Of a stretch of 64,000 nt of DNA, positions 1 through 10,297 are shown in pieces (the stretch's first letter is position 1; each line of letters begins with the position of its first letter). Under the pieces are notes generated by a model. That model did no database searches, was not told the origin of the DNA, and was given only the letters and a program-made list of their open reading frames with translations. This DNA is from an uncultured Oscillospiraceae bacterium (GTDB taxonomy: Bacteria; Bacillota; Clostridia; Oscillospirales; Acutalibacteraceae), in NCBI GenBank assembly GCA_900554535.1, contig USIA01000001.1, positions 1,145-65,144 of the forward strand. Reading direction: 5' to 3'. Both the position numbers and the translations under genes were made by a program.

Positions 1-335
1 GCTACCAGTACGCTGTCTTCCGGAATCCCAAGGCTTTCGGATGCTGCCTTAGCTGTTTCCCTGCAATAGCCGAATCCTTCCTCACCGGTACATGCGTTGG
101 CGATTCCACTGTTGCAGATCACAGCTCTTGCACCCGGGTGGTTGTATACAATGTCCTGATCCCATCTTACAGGAGCTGCTTTTACCACATTGGTCGTGAA
201 GGTTCCTGCAGCCACACAGGGAACCTCACTGAATACCATGGCCATATCGGTACGGCCTTTATATTTGATCTCTGCTGCAGTTGACGCTGCCTTAAAACCT
301 TTTGCGGCTGTAACGCCGCCGTCGATGATCTTCAT
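1..335 (-). CDS. argJ: Bifunctional ornithine acetyltransferase/N-acetylglutamate synthase (5' part; runs off window)
   Basis: Manual translation from ATG at 335 (RBS GAGGAG upstream): MKIIDGGVTAAKGFKAA...GTFTTNVVKAAPV...NSGIANACTG; downstream of argC; not in ORF track. Confidence 0.93.
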   Translation of the reverse strand, partial: MKIIDGGVTAAKGFKAASTAAEIKYKGRTDMAMVFSEVPCVAAGTFTTNVVKAAPVRWDQDIVYNHPGARAVICNSGIANACTGEEGFGYCRETAKAASESLGIPEDSVLV

Positions 336-436
336 ATTATATATCTCCTCTCAATGGTGATGCCAGATCGAATATCGCAGTTCATTCGTTTAAAGTCCTT
401 CGGCATCCCCCATATTTTATTTGTGATCTGCCTGTT

Positions 437-1477
437 TTACGGACACATCGGAATCTGTTTCAGTCCTTCGTTCTCGTCAAATCCAAACATCAGGTTCATG
501 TTCTGAACAGCCTGTCCTGCTGCACCCTTTACCAGGTTGTCGATAGCGCCCATCATGATGACTCTCTTTGTTCTCGGATCGATCTTGAAGTTCACGTCCA
601 CAAAATTGCTGCCTTCTACATTTCTTGTCTGCGGGCATACATCCTTGTTCAGGACACGTACAAAAAACTCGTCTTTATAATATTTGTCATAGGCTGCTTT
701 TACTTCCTCATAGGTAACATCCTTGGTCAGGGAGGCATATGCTGTTACCAGGATTCCACGGTTCATCGGAACAAGATGCGGGGTAAAGTTGATCATCACT
801 TCCTGTCCGCATGCATATCCAAGCTGATCCTCGATCTCCGGTGTATGTCTGTGTGTGGCAACACCGTAAGCTTTGATACTCTCGTTTACCTCACAGTAGA
901 GATTCGGAACCTTGGCTCCTCTTCCTGCTCCGGAGGTTCCGGACTTGGCATCAATGATAATGGTATTCGGATCAATGAGGCCTTCCTTTAACAGCGGATA
1001 AATAGACAGTGTGGAGCATGTCGGATAGCATCCCGGGTTGGCGATCAGCCTTGCATTCTTAATATCCTCACGGTTAATCTCGCAGAGGCCATAAACAGCT
1101 TCCTCGATAAACTGCGGAGCCTTATGCTCGATCCCGTACCACTTCTCATATTTTTTCACATCTTTAATACGGAAATCTGCGCTTAAGTCGATCACCTTAC
1201 ATTTGGAAAGGATTTCTTCATTAATAAGGGATGCACAAAGGCCCTGTGGTGTTGCGGTAAAGATCACATCCACCTCATCTGCAAGTGCAGCCATGTTGTC
1301 ATCCATACATTTGGCATCCACCAGCCTGAAAAAATTCTGATAAATATCTGCATACTGCTGATCTATGTAGCTTCGGGAGCCGAACCATTTGATCTCAACG
1401 TCCTTGTGTCCAAGAAGAAGTCTTACGATCTCATTTCCTGCGTATCCTGTCGCACCGATAATTCCTGCTTTAATCAT
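437..1477 (-). CDS. argC: N-acetyl-gamma-glutamyl-phosphate reductase
   Basis: GATGYAG Rossmann motif, ANPGCYPT catalytic Cys motif, DNLVKGAAGQA. Confidence 0.97.
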   Translation of the reverse strand: MIKAGIIGATGYAGNEIVRLLLGHKDVEIKWFGSRSYIDQQYADIYQNFFRLVDAKCMDDNMAALADEVDVIFTATPQGLCASLINEEILSKCKVIDLSADFRIKDVKKYEKWYGIEHKAPQFIEEAVYGLCEINREDIKNARLIANPGCYPTCSTLSIYPLLKEGLIDPNTIIIDAKSGTSGAGRGAKVPNLYCEVNESIKAYGVATHRHTPEIEDQLGYACGQEVMINFTPHLVPMNRGILVTAYASLTKDVTYEEVKAAYDKYYKDEFFVRVLNKDVCPQTRNVEGSNFVDVNFKIDPRTKRVIMMGAIDNLVKGAAGQAVQNMNLMFGFDENEGLKQIPMCP

Positions 1478-1759
1478 CTTTCACATTCCTCCTCTGCCGT
1501 TTTTCTACGGCTTTATACACCCTGCAGAAGCGCTTGCTATTCTTATTTATGCCTCTTTTTTATGTCTTCTGATATCTGAATCTTCTGCACAGGTCAGACG
1601 GACATCTTAAACCTGTCTGTACTGCCAGCTCATATGTCCATCTTATCAATGGATAGATTATACATCTTCTCTGCATATTATGCAATAGTCATTTTCTTTG
1701 ATTTTTCACGGTCTTTTCTGTTTTTCCTGTATTTTCTTATAATACCGCCTACTTTTAGA

Positions 1760-1890
1760 TGTATTTTTATGCAAATTTTTTTTCATATTTTTCAAATTAT
1801 CTCTTGCATATTTATAAAATCTGGTGTATATTAAGCCATGTCGACAGGACAGCCGAAAATTTTGTTTTGTTGTACATGAATATTTATTCA
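1760..1890. promoter_or_regulatory. ArgR operator (ARG box) cluster between divergent argC and argG
   Basis: TGTATTTTTATGCA (1760-1773), TGCATATTTATAAA (1805-1818), TGAATATTTATTCA (1877-1890) match the TGMATWWWWATKCA consensus. Confidence 0.8.
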
Positions 1891-2005
1891 CTCTGGTAAA
1901 GTTATAAAACAGCATAATTTTTTTCCAGATAACGTAAAAAAATTCACCGTCCCGGAAATGTCCGGAGCGATACAAAATCAAAAAAATCCCAGGAGGACAT
2001 ATATT

Positions 2006-3238
2006 ATGAAAGAAAAAGTTGTTTTAGCGTATTCCGGTGGTCTTGATACCACAGCCCTTATCCCGTGGCTGAAAGAAACCTTTGATTATGACGTTGTCTG
2101 CTGCTGTGTAAACTGCGGACAGGGAAACGAGCTGGACGGTCTTGAAGAGAGAGCAAAAATGTCCGGTGCTTCCAAATTATATATCGAGGATATCGTCGAT
2201 GAGTTCTGCGATGACTTCATCATGCCGTGTGTAGAGGCTGGTGCTGTATACGAGCATTCCTATCTTCTCGGAACTTCCATGGCTCGTCCGGTCATTGCCA
2301 AGAAGCTGGTTGAGATCGCACGTAAAGAGGGTGCCGTTGCTATCTGCCACGGTGCTACCGGTAAAGGAAATGACCAGATCCGTTTCGAACTTGGCATCAA
2401 GGCTCTCGCTCCGGACATCAAGATCATTGCTCCATGGCGTATGACAGATCTGTGGACCATGCAGTCCCGTGAAGATGAGATCGAGTTCTGTAAGGCTCAT
2501 GGCATCACTCTTCCATTTGATGCAAGCCACAGCTACAGCCGTGACAGAAACCTCTGGCACATCAGCCATGAGGGACTTGAGCTTGAGGATCCATCCCAGG
2601 CTCCGAACTATGATGACATGCTTGTATTAAGTGTAACACCTGAGAAGGCTCCGGATAAAGAAACTGAGATCACCATGACATTCGAGCAGGGCGTTCCGAA
2701 AACACTCAATGGAAAAACAATGAAGGTTTCCGAGATCATCACAGAGCTGAACAAGCTTGGCGGTGAGAACGGCATCGGTATCGTTGATATTGTTGAGAAC
2801 CGTGTTGTTGGTATGAAATCCCGTGGCGTTTATGAAACTCCTGGCGGAACGATCCTGATGGCAGCACATGACCAGCTTGAGGAGCTGATCCTTGACCGTG
2901 AGACAATGGAAGCCAAGAAAAAGCTTGGCAGCCAGTTTGCACAGGTTGTTTACGAAGGAAAATGGTACACACCTCTCCGTGAGGCTATCCAGGCATTTGT
3001 TGAGTCCACTCAGAAATATGTTACCGGTGAGGTTAAATTCAAGCTTTACAAAGGAAACATCATCAAGAATGGTACAACCTCTCCGTACAGCCTTTACAAT
3101 GAGTCTCTTGCTTCCTTCACAACCGGTGATATGTATGATCATCATGATGCAGACGGATTCATCACTCTGTTCGGTCTGCCGCTGAAGGTTCGTGCCATGA
3201 AGCTTGCAGAAGTTAAGAATAACCAGAATCAGAACTAA
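2006..3238 (+). CDS. argG: Argininosuccinate synthase
   Basis: LAYSGGLDT, HGATGKGNDQ, SRGVYETPG; start moved to ATG 2006 after RBS AGGAGG. Confidence 0.97.
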   Translation: MKEKVVLAYSGGLDTTALIPWLKETFDYDVVCCCVNCGQGNELDGLEERAKMSGASKLYIEDIVDEFCDDFIMPCVEAGAVYEHSYLLGTSMARPVIAKKLVEIARKEGAVAICHGATGKGNDQIRFELGIKALAPDIKIIAPWRMTDLWTMQSREDEIEFCKAHGITLPFDASHSYSRDRNLWHISHEGLELEDPSQAPNYDDMLVLSVTPEKAPDKETEITMTFEQGVPKTLNGKTMKVSEIITELNKLGGENGIGIVDIVENRVVGMKSRGVYETPGGTILMAAHDQLEELILDRETMEAKKKLGSQFAQVVYEGKWYTPLREAIQAFVESTQKYVTGEVKFKLYKGNIIKNGTTSPYSLYNESLASFTTGDMYDHHDADGFITLFGLPLKVRAMKLAEVKNNQNQN

Positions 3239-3273
3239 TTTTGTTGGACATTGTTCTGACAGATCATAAGAAT

Positions 3274-3309
3274 GCCCCGGGAAGCTATATAAGTTCCCCG
3301 GGGTCTTTT
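3274..3309 (+). terminator. Rho-independent terminator after argG
   Basis: CCCCGGG...CCCGGGG stem followed by TCTTTT. Confidence 0.7.
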
Positions 3310-3362
3310 GTTATATACTGCTTTGATCACATAATACCTAATAAACGAAAGGATTTTTTATC

Positions 3363-4316
3363 ATGAACTCACAGAAAATGCCTCTGAAAAATTCTCTCTG
3401 CCTGCTTCTGGCCGCAACGATCTGGGGAATCGCCTTTGTTGCCCAGAGTGTGGGCATGGAATATGTTGGCCCCTTCACCTTCAACGGCGTCCGTTCCCTG
3501 ATCGGCGCCGCTGTCCTGGTTCCAGTGCTCTTTATCCTGAACCGTTCCGGAAATAAATCCTCTGCTGCCACAGACTCCGCAATACCGGAATCCTCATCAA
3601 CACCTTCAGAAAAAGCTGTATCCCCCACTCCATATAACAGCCGTGACCTGTGGCTGGGCGGCATTGCCTGCGGATTTGCTCTTTTTGCTGCCAGCAGCTT
3701 CCAGCAGTTTGGTATCCAGTACACAACAGTAGGAAAAGCCGGCTTCATCACCGCCTGTTACATTGTCATCGTCCCGATCATCGGAATTTTCCTGAAAAAG
3801 AAATGCAGTCCCTTTATATGGGCAGCCGTTGTCATGGCACTGGTCGGACTTTATCTTCTCTGCATCACAGACGGATTTTCCATTGGCCTCGGAGATATTC
3901 TGGTGCTGGTATGTGCTTTTCTCTTTTCCCTGCACATTCTGGTGATTGACTATTTTTCCCCGAAGGCAGACGGTGTAAAGCTTTCCTGTATCCAGTTTCT
4001 TGTCTGCGGGATCCTGTCCATGATCCCGGCACTTATTCTGGAACGTCCGCAGATTTCTTCCATTCTCACTGCCTGGCTGCCGATCCTGTATGCTGGTGTA
4101 ATGTCCTGCGGTGTTGCCTACACCCTGCAGGTCGTAGGCCAGAAAAATGTGAATCCCACCGTTGCTTCTCTGATCCTTTCTCTTGAATCCTGCATCTCCG
4201 TGCTTGCAGGCTGGGTGCTCCTAGATCAGAAGCTTTCCATAAAAGAGCTCCTTGGATGTGTCATCATGTTTGCAGCCATCATCCTGGCACAGCTGCCGGA
4301 AAAAGAAAATAAATAA
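3363..4316 (+). CDS. EamA/DMT family transporter
   Basis: About 10 TM segments, IWGIAFVAQ, two EamA-like repeats, SLESC motif. Confidence 0.9.
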   Translation: MNSQKMPLKNSLCLLLAATIWGIAFVAQSVGMEYVGPFTFNGVRSLIGAAVLVPVLFILNRSGNKSSAATDSAIPESSSTPSEKAVSPTPYNSRDLWLGGIACGFALFAASSFQQFGIQYTTVGKAGFITACYIVIVPIIGIFLKKKCSPFIWAAVVMALVGLYLLCITDGFSIGLGDILVLVCAFLFSLHILVIDYFSPKADGVKLSCIQFLVCGILSMIPALILERPQISSILTAWLPILYAGVMSCGVAYTLQVVGQKNVNPTVASLILSLESCISVLAGWVLLDQKLSIKELLGCVIMFAAIILAQLPEKENK

Positions 4317-4359
4317 AAAACAGGCAGCCGGTTTGGTATTTTACCTTCCGGCTGCCTGT
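4315..4359. terminator. Terminator between convergent eamA-like and mntR-like genes
   Basis: ACAGGCAGCCGG...CCGGCTGCCTGT inverted repeat with an A-run on the left. Confidence 0.7.
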
Positions 4360-4370
4360 CTGCATGTTTC

Positions 4371-4760
4371 TTAGTCTGCTTTTTCTTCCTTCTTAATAAA
4401 GTTATTATAATGTGCCTTGATCTTCTCAAAGCTCTCCTGACTGATGTCGTGCTCCATCTTGCAGGCATCCTCCATTGCGATCTCTGCCGGAACCCCAAGT
4501 CCCTCCAGCATCCTGGCAAGAACAATGTGACGCTCATAAATCTGATTGGCGATCTCTGCCCCCTTCTCCAGAAGTGTCACGGTACCGTAACGGTCCATAG
4601 CAATATAACCATCCTCACGAAGAAGCTTCATTGCGTGACTGACGCTTGGCTTGGAAACACCAAGTCTGGTCGCAATATCAATGGAACGAACTCCTCCTCC
4701 TTTTTTGGATAAAACCAGAATTGATTCAAGATAATCCTCCGCTGACTGTCTGATCTCCAT
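4371..4760 (-). CDS. DtxR/MntR family metal-dependent transcriptional regulator (chromosomal copy)
   Basis: EDYLE, VSKPSVS HTH, ERH, DACKMEH metal-site motifs; ATG 4760 after GGAGG. Confidence 0.92.
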   Translation of the reverse strand: MEIRQSAEDYLESILVLSKKGGGVRSIDIATRLGVSKPSVSHAMKLLREDGYIAMDRYGTVTLLEKGAEIANQIYERHIVLARMLEGLGVPAEIAMEDACKMEHDISQESFEKIKAHYNNFIKKEEKAD

Positions 4761-5022
4761 ATAAAATCCTCCCTGCAAAAATTTAACTCTATATAGACCC
4801 TCTAAAGGGATCTGAATCCCATTCCTTCCCTGTTCTACAGGCGAATATTAACTTTTAATATACCGCTTAAAGGATGTTGTGTCAAGCATTTCGCACATGT
4901 TTATCTTGACATTAAAAATAATTTCCCCGATAATAGTAGCTGAACAATATATCTGTTCTATAGCAGCCCGGAATTCTTTCCAGTAGTGCTGTCTTTTGAA
5001 CAGTAAAGAAAGGAGATTTTTT

Positions 5023-6774
5023 ATGCTCAAAACCCTTCTGGCCCAGGTCAGGGAGTTTAAAAAGGCATCGTTTCTCACGCCTTTTTTCATGATCCTGGAA
5101 GTTCTCTTTGAGACTCTGATCCCCCTGGCCATGGCTTCCATCATTGATAAGGGTGTGGAAGCCGGAAATATCGGCCATATCTATCGGATGGGTGCAGTTA
5201 TGGTAGCTCTTGCCCTGTGCGGACTCTGGTCCGGCGTCATGGGAGGAAAATACGGAGCACTGGCCTCCACAGGCTTTGCCAGAAACCTCCGAAAAGCCAT
5301 GTACACCAACATCCAGACCTTTTCTTTTTCCAACATCGACAAATACAGCACTGCCGGCCTGATCACCCGTCTTACCACAGATGTGACCAACCTGCAGAAC
5401 GCCTATCAGATGATCCTTCGTATGTGTACCCGTGCACCGGCCAGTCTGATCTGTGCCATGGTCATGGCATTTCTTATCAACGCAAAGCTTGCAAGCATCT
5501 ACCTTGTCGCTGTTATCTTCCTGGGAGGCTGTCTGATCTTTATCATGCAGAAGGCCACTGTATACTTCCGGGCCGTATTCCGTAAATACGACGACCTGAA
5601 CGCAAGTGTCCAGGAAAACATCGGCGCTGTACGCGTTGTCAAGGCCTATGTCCGCGAAGACTACGAGATCAGCAAATTCCAGAAAGCCTGCAACAAAGTA
5701 TACGAAATGTTCTTAAGTGCTGAGAAGATCGTTGTCATGAACATGCCCCTGATGCAGTTTACCGTTTATGCCTGTATCCTGGGGATCAGCTGGCTCGGCG
5801 CCAAAATGATCGTAGGCAGCTCCCTTACTACCGGTGAGCTTATGAGCCTTCTCACCTACTGCATGAACATTCTCATGAGCCTTATGATGCTTTCCATGGT
5901 TTTTGTTATGGTGACAATGAGTATTGCCAGCGCAGAGCGTGTTACGGAAGTCATCAATGATACTGCTGACATCACAGATCCGGAGGATCCGGTAACAGAT
6001 GTCCCAGACGGAAGTATCGTCTTCGATCATGTAAATTTCAGCTATAAGAAAGACAGTCAGGAACCCGTTCTGAAGGATATCAATCTCTCGATCCGCTCCG
6101 GCGAGACCATAGGGATCATCGGCGGTACCGGAAGTGCAAAATCCAGCCTTGTCAACCTGATCAGCCGTCTTTATGACGTAACGGATGGTTCTGTTTCCGT
6201 AGGAGGCATCGATGTCCGTAAATACCATCTGGAATCTCTCAGAAATCAGGTTTCCGTTGTTCTTCAGAAGAATGTACTCTTCTCAGGAACCATTCTGGAA
6301 AACCTCCGATGGGGTGACAAAAATGCCACTGAGGAGGAATGCCGCCGCGCATGCCAGCTTGCCTGTGCCGATGATTTCATCGAAAAAATGCCGGACAAAT
6401 ACAATACCTTCATTGAACAGGGCGGCTCCAATGTTTCCGGAGGCCAGAAGCAACGTCTCTGTATTGCCCGCGCTCTTCTGAAGAAGCCGAAGATACTGAT
6501 CCTGGATGACTCCACCAGTGCGGTAGATACTGCCACAGACGCAAGGATCCGCCGTGCCTTTGCCGAGGAGATCCCGGATACCACCAAGCTGATCATCGCA
6601 CAGCGTGTTTCCAGCATCCAGAACGCGGACCGGATCATCGTTATGGATAACGGTGAGATCAACGGTTTTGGTACCCACGAGGAGCTTCTTAAGACTAACG
6701 CCATTTATCAGGAAGTATTTCATTCACAGACCGGCGGCGCCGGTGATTTTGACGAGGGAGGTGAACCGGCTTGA
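5023..6774 (+). CDS. Heterodimeric ABC exporter subunit (TMD+NBD, degenerate site)
   Basis: 6 TM + NBD; Walker A GSAKS, Walker B LILDDS (degenerate), VSGGQ; ATG 5023 after AAGGAG. Confidence 0.92.
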   Translation: MLKTLLAQVREFKKASFLTPFFMILEVLFETLIPLAMASIIDKGVEAGNIGHIYRMGAVMVALALCGLWSGVMGGKYGALASTGFARNLRKAMYTNIQTFSFSNIDKYSTAGLITRLTTDVTNLQNAYQMILRMCTRAPASLICAMVMAFLINAKLASIYLVAVIFLGGCLIFIMQKATVYFRAVFRKYDDLNASVQENIGAVRVVKAYVREDYEISKFQKACNKVYEMFLSAEKIVVMNMPLMQFTVYACILGISWLGAKMIVGSSLTTGELMSLLTYCMNILMSLMMLSMVFVMVTMSIASAERVTEVINDTADITDPEDPVTDVPDGSIVFDHVNFSYKKDSQEPVLKDINLSIRSGETIGIIGGTGSAKSSLVNLISRLYDVTDGSVSVGGIDVRKYHLESLRNQVSVVLQKNVLFSGTILENLRWGDKNATEEECRRACQLACADDFIEKMPDKYNTFIEQGGSNVSGGQKQRLCIARALLKKPKILILDDSTSAVDTATDARIRRAFAEEIPDTTKLIIAQRVSSIQNADRIIVMDNGEINGFGTHEELLKTNAIYQEVFHSQTGGAGDFDEGGEPA

Positions 6775-8672
6775 AAAAACAGAACATGAAAGGCCCGGGC
6801 GGTCCTGGCCCAAGGGGTATGGGAACACCGGAGCAGCCGGGAAAGCTTCTGGGACGCCTTGCCCGTTATATCTTTAAAAACTACAGTATCCATATCGTGA
6901 TCGTGGTGATCTGCATTTTTGTCAGTGTTCTTGCCAATGTACAGGGAACTATGTTCATGAAAACCCTGATCGACCAGTATATCACACCGCTTCTCTCAGC
7001 AGATACACCGGATTTCGGGCCTCTGGCTACAGCCATCGCACGTGTGGCATGCTTTTACGCCATTGGTGTTATTGCCACCTATACTTATAACCGTATCATG
7101 ATCAATGTTTCCCAGGGAACCTTACGTAACCTCCGAAACGATATGTTTGCAACGATGGAAACGCTTCCCATCAAATATTTTGACACTCACGCACACGGCG
7201 ATATCATGTCCATCTACACCAACGACATTGATACCCTGCGCCAGATGATCAGCCAGAGCTTTCCGCAGCTGCTTTCCAGTGTGATCACCATCGTCAGTGT
7301 TCTTGTAAGTATGCTGATCCTGAATGTTCCGCTTACTGTAGTTACCCTGCTTATGGTTGCCATTATGATGACTGCCAGCCGGAAGCTTGCGGGCTTAAGC
7401 GGAAAATATTTCCTGGAGCAGCAGACCAACCTTGGTATTGTCAATGGTTATATCGAAGAGATGATGGAGGGTCAGAAGGTTGTCAAGGTCTTCTGCCATG
7501 AGGACGAAAGCATCCGGAAATTCGATGAACTGAACGACCAGCTTTTCACCAGCGCAGACAATGCAAACCGTTTTGCCAACATCCTGATGCCTGTGGTCGC
7601 ACAGCTTGGAAATGTCAGCTATGTGATCTGCGCCATGGTGGGCGGTATCCTTGCTATCAACGGCATCGGCAGCTTCACACTTGGCGGGCTTGCCAGCTTC
7701 CTGACCTTCAATAAGAGCTTCAACATGCCTATCAACCAGGTCAGCCAGCAGTTCAACAGTATTGTTATGGCTCTTGCAGGTGCAAAACGTATCTTTGATC
7801 TTCTGGATGAAAAACCGGAAGTGGATGAAGGCTACGTTACTCTCGTCAATGCAAAAGAGGAAAACGGTGTTCTTACCGAATCCGACAAACGTACCGGCCG
7901 CTGGGCATGGAAGCATTTCCACAAAGCTGAGGGTACCACTGATTATATCGAGCTGAAGGGTGATATGGTCCTGGAGGATGTAGACTTTGGTTATAATTCC
8001 AACAAGATCGTTCTCCATGACATCAACATGTATGCACAGCCAGGCCAGAAGATCGCTTTTGTAGGCTCCACCGGCGCCGGAAAAACCACCATTACCAATC
8101 TTCTGAACCGTTTTTACGACATTCAGAAGGGTAAGATCCGTTATGACGGCATCAACATCACCAAGATCAAAAAAGATGATCTCAGACGCTCCATGGGCAT
8201 CGTTCTTCAGGATACCAACCTGTTCACAGCAACCGTTATGGAAAATATCCGCTACGGAAAGCTGGATGCCACAGATGAGGAGGTTATCGCAGCAGCAAAG
8301 CTTGCCAACGCCGACGGTTTCATCCGCAGGCTTCCGCAGGGTTATAATACCCTTCTCCGCGGAAACGGTGCAAACTTAAGTCAGGGCCAGCGACAGCTTC
8401 TCTCCATTGCCCGTGCAGCCGTTGCAGACCCGCCCGTCCTGATCCTGGACGAGGCCACCAGCTCCATTGATACCCGTACCGAAAAGCTTGTACAGGATGG
8501 TATGGATAAGCTGATGGAAGGCAGGACGACCTTTGTGATCGCCCACAGACTTTCCACAGTACGCAACAGTGACTGCATCATGGTCCTGGAGCAGGGACAC
8601 ATCATCGAGCGTGGTTCCCACGAGGAGCTACTTGCACAGAAGGGCCGGTATTATCAGCTGTATAACGGCTGA
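6771..8672 (+). CDS. Heterodimeric ABC exporter subunit (TMD+NBD)
   Basis: GSTGAGKT, LSQGQ, LILDEATS, IAHRLS; 4-bp overlap with the upstream partner. Confidence 0.93.
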   Translation: MKKQNMKGPGGPGPRGMGTPEQPGKLLGRLARYIFKNYSIHIVIVVICIFVSVLANVQGTMFMKTLIDQYITPLLSADTPDFGPLATAIARVACFYAIGVIATYTYNRIMINVSQGTLRNLRNDMFATMETLPIKYFDTHAHGDIMSIYTNDIDTLRQMISQSFPQLLSSVITIVSVLVSMLILNVPLTVVTLLMVAIMMTASRKLAGLSGKYFLEQQTNLGIVNGYIEEMMEGQKVVKVFCHEDESIRKFDELNDQLFTSADNANRFANILMPVVAQLGNVSYVICAMVGGILAINGIGSFTLGGLASFLTFNKSFNMPINQVSQQFNSIVMALAGAKRIFDLLDEKPEVDEGYVTLVNAKEENGVLTESDKRTGRWAWKHFHKAEGTTDYIELKGDMVLEDVDFGYNSNKIVLHDINMYAQPGQKIAFVGSTGAGKTTITNLLNRFYDIQKGKIRYDGINITKIKKDDLRRSMGIVLQDTNLFTATVMENIRYGKLDATDEEVIAAAKLANADGFIRRLPQGYNTLLRGNGANLSQGQRQLLSIARAAVADPPVLILDEATSSIDTRTEKLVQDGMDKLMEGRTTFVIAHRLSTVRNSDCIMVLEQGHIIERGSHEELLAQKGRYYQLYNG

Positions 8673-8819
8673 TCCAGGCTCACAGTTATTTTCGATCTAA
8701 AATATTCAATACCAAAAACATGCAGGGTGTATCTTTTCTGATAGTCCTGCATGTTTTTTTATGCTATAATCTTTGATTGAAATCTATTTTTCCGGAAAGG
8801 AGTCTCCGTATTTTTATAT

Positions 8820-9866
8820 ATGAAACAAACTGAAGAATATTACTACGGCAAAATGTCGAAAGATAAACAAAACGTGTACCGTGCAATGCTTCACGGGCTT
8901 ATGGAGCTTTCCGACGAGTTCCTGATCCCGCAGGTACCAACCACCGATGGAAACTGGCTCTATGATGTATTTTTCCAGCTTCGTCTGGATCACCCGGAGA
9001 TTTTCTGGGCTGTGGGGTTTAAATACCGTTATTACAAGGACTCGCCAAATCTGATACTGATTCCTGAATATATCTTCGACAAAAATAAAATCCGGGAGCA
9101 TCAGAAAGCCCTGGGAGCCCGCGTAGACAAGCTTGTGCGCACCGCCATGAAGTTTTCCGAGTGGGATAAGGAAAAATATGTCCATGACTTCATCTGCGAA
9201 AATATCCGCTACGACAAACTGAAAAAGCCATATTCCCACGAGATCATCGGGCCTCTGGGCCATGGTGTCGGTGTCTGCGAGGGAATCGCCAAATCCGTAA
9301 AGGTCCTCTGTGATGCCCTTGGTGTATGGTGTATTATCGCCATCTGCGGGAACAATCCGGAAAAAGGGATCAAATACCGTCATACCTGGAACATCGTCCG
9401 GATCAACGGACAGTACTATCATCTGGATGCCACCTTCGATAATACTCTGGGCAAAAACGAAGACGGCTTAACCAGTATCCGTTACGATTATTTTAATCTG
9501 GATGACAAAAACATCTTCCGTGACCATGAACCACTGATCGCTCCGGCACCTCCCTGCCCGGATGGAAACCACTTTTATTACCGTGAGAAAAAGCTATCCT
9601 TCACCAAATTGGAAGACGTATACAAACGTGCCCTCCAGGCCGCAAAAAAAGGCCGCGAATTCACCTTCCACTGGCGAGGCGGATATCTCACCCGTGAAGT
9701 CCTCGCAGACCTTGTAGATCAGATCCAGGCTGCAGGAAAGACACGGGACAAAAAAGCCATCATCACACTCAACTGGCCTCAGGCTGTACTTCGATTTCAT
9801 TTTGTAGAACAGCAGGCGGAAGGGAAGGTGTTTATTGAGGAAGTGAATGAAGGGGAGAAATTGTAG
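8820..9866 (+). CDS. Transglutaminase-like cysteine protease domain protein
   Basis: GVCEG...HTWN...LDATFD Cys-His-Asp triad. Confidence 0.8.
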   Translation: MKQTEEYYYGKMSKDKQNVYRAMLHGLMELSDEFLIPQVPTTDGNWLYDVFFQLRLDHPEIFWAVGFKYRYYKDSPNLILIPEYIFDKNKIREHQKALGARVDKLVRTAMKFSEWDKEKYVHDFICENIRYDKLKKPYSHEIIGPLGHGVGVCEGIAKSVKVLCDALGVWCIIAICGNNPEKGIKYRHTWNIVRINGQYYHLDATFDNTLGKNEDGLTSIRYDYFNLDDKNIFRDHEPLIAPAPPCPDGNHFYYREKKLSFTKLEDVYKRALQAAKKGREFTFHWRGGYLTREVLADLVDQIQAAGKTRDKKAIITLNWPQAVLRFHFVEQQAEGKVFIEEVNEGEKL

Positions 9867-10007
9867 GATCATTTATCAGGCGGTTATTCTGATTCAATGT
9901 AGATGACAGATTGATTCAGATAAAAATTTCTATAGTAAGAATGCTACAGACATATTGCTCATGATCTGTAGCATTTCTGTCCTGGATATTACATAAGTGT
10001 CCATAAT

Positions 10008-10060
10008 AAAAAAGACCTTCCATAAATTCAAAATTTACAGAAAGTCTCTCTCTTTTCTGG
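10008..10060 (-). terminator. Original terminator (and CCA) of the tRNA operon, displaced by the ICE
   Basis: Minus strand reads CGCA-CCA-GAAAAGAGAG-AGACTTTC...GAAGGTCT-TTTTT. Confidence 0.7.
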
Positions 10061-10064
10061 TGCG
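10058..10064. repeat. attL core (TGGTGCG)
   Basis: 6/7 match to TGATGCG at 42809-42815; shared TGCG. Confidence 0.8.
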
Positions 10065-10219
10065 AGTAGTGATACAGCATTTTTTGAAAACAATCGTAGT
10101 ACAATTTGTTTTTGAGGTCATCGGATAGCAACTTGCTTGTATCGCACCCCGATGGGCAGCTGTATTGAAAAGTCAGTTGCCTTTTATATACCACACAACC
10201 TAAAAATTATCAAGTACGC

Positions 10220-10269
10220 GCAGCGTTCACTTCTCCCATCACCGGGAGCAAATGAACGCTGCTTTTTTT
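10220..10269 (+). terminator. Insulator-type terminator before the first ICE gene
   Basis: GCAGCGTTCA...TGAACGCTGC stem with inner CTCCC/GGGAG, followed by T7. Confidence 0.8.
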
Positions 10270-10297
10270 GTTTACAACGAAAGGAGGCATCCGTGAA

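Noticed and set aside
9886..9900. GCGG near 9890 as an alternative attL
   Set aside because: Rejoining here gives a non-A discriminator for tRNA-Leu and no CCA; the 10061 junction restores CCA and the terminator.
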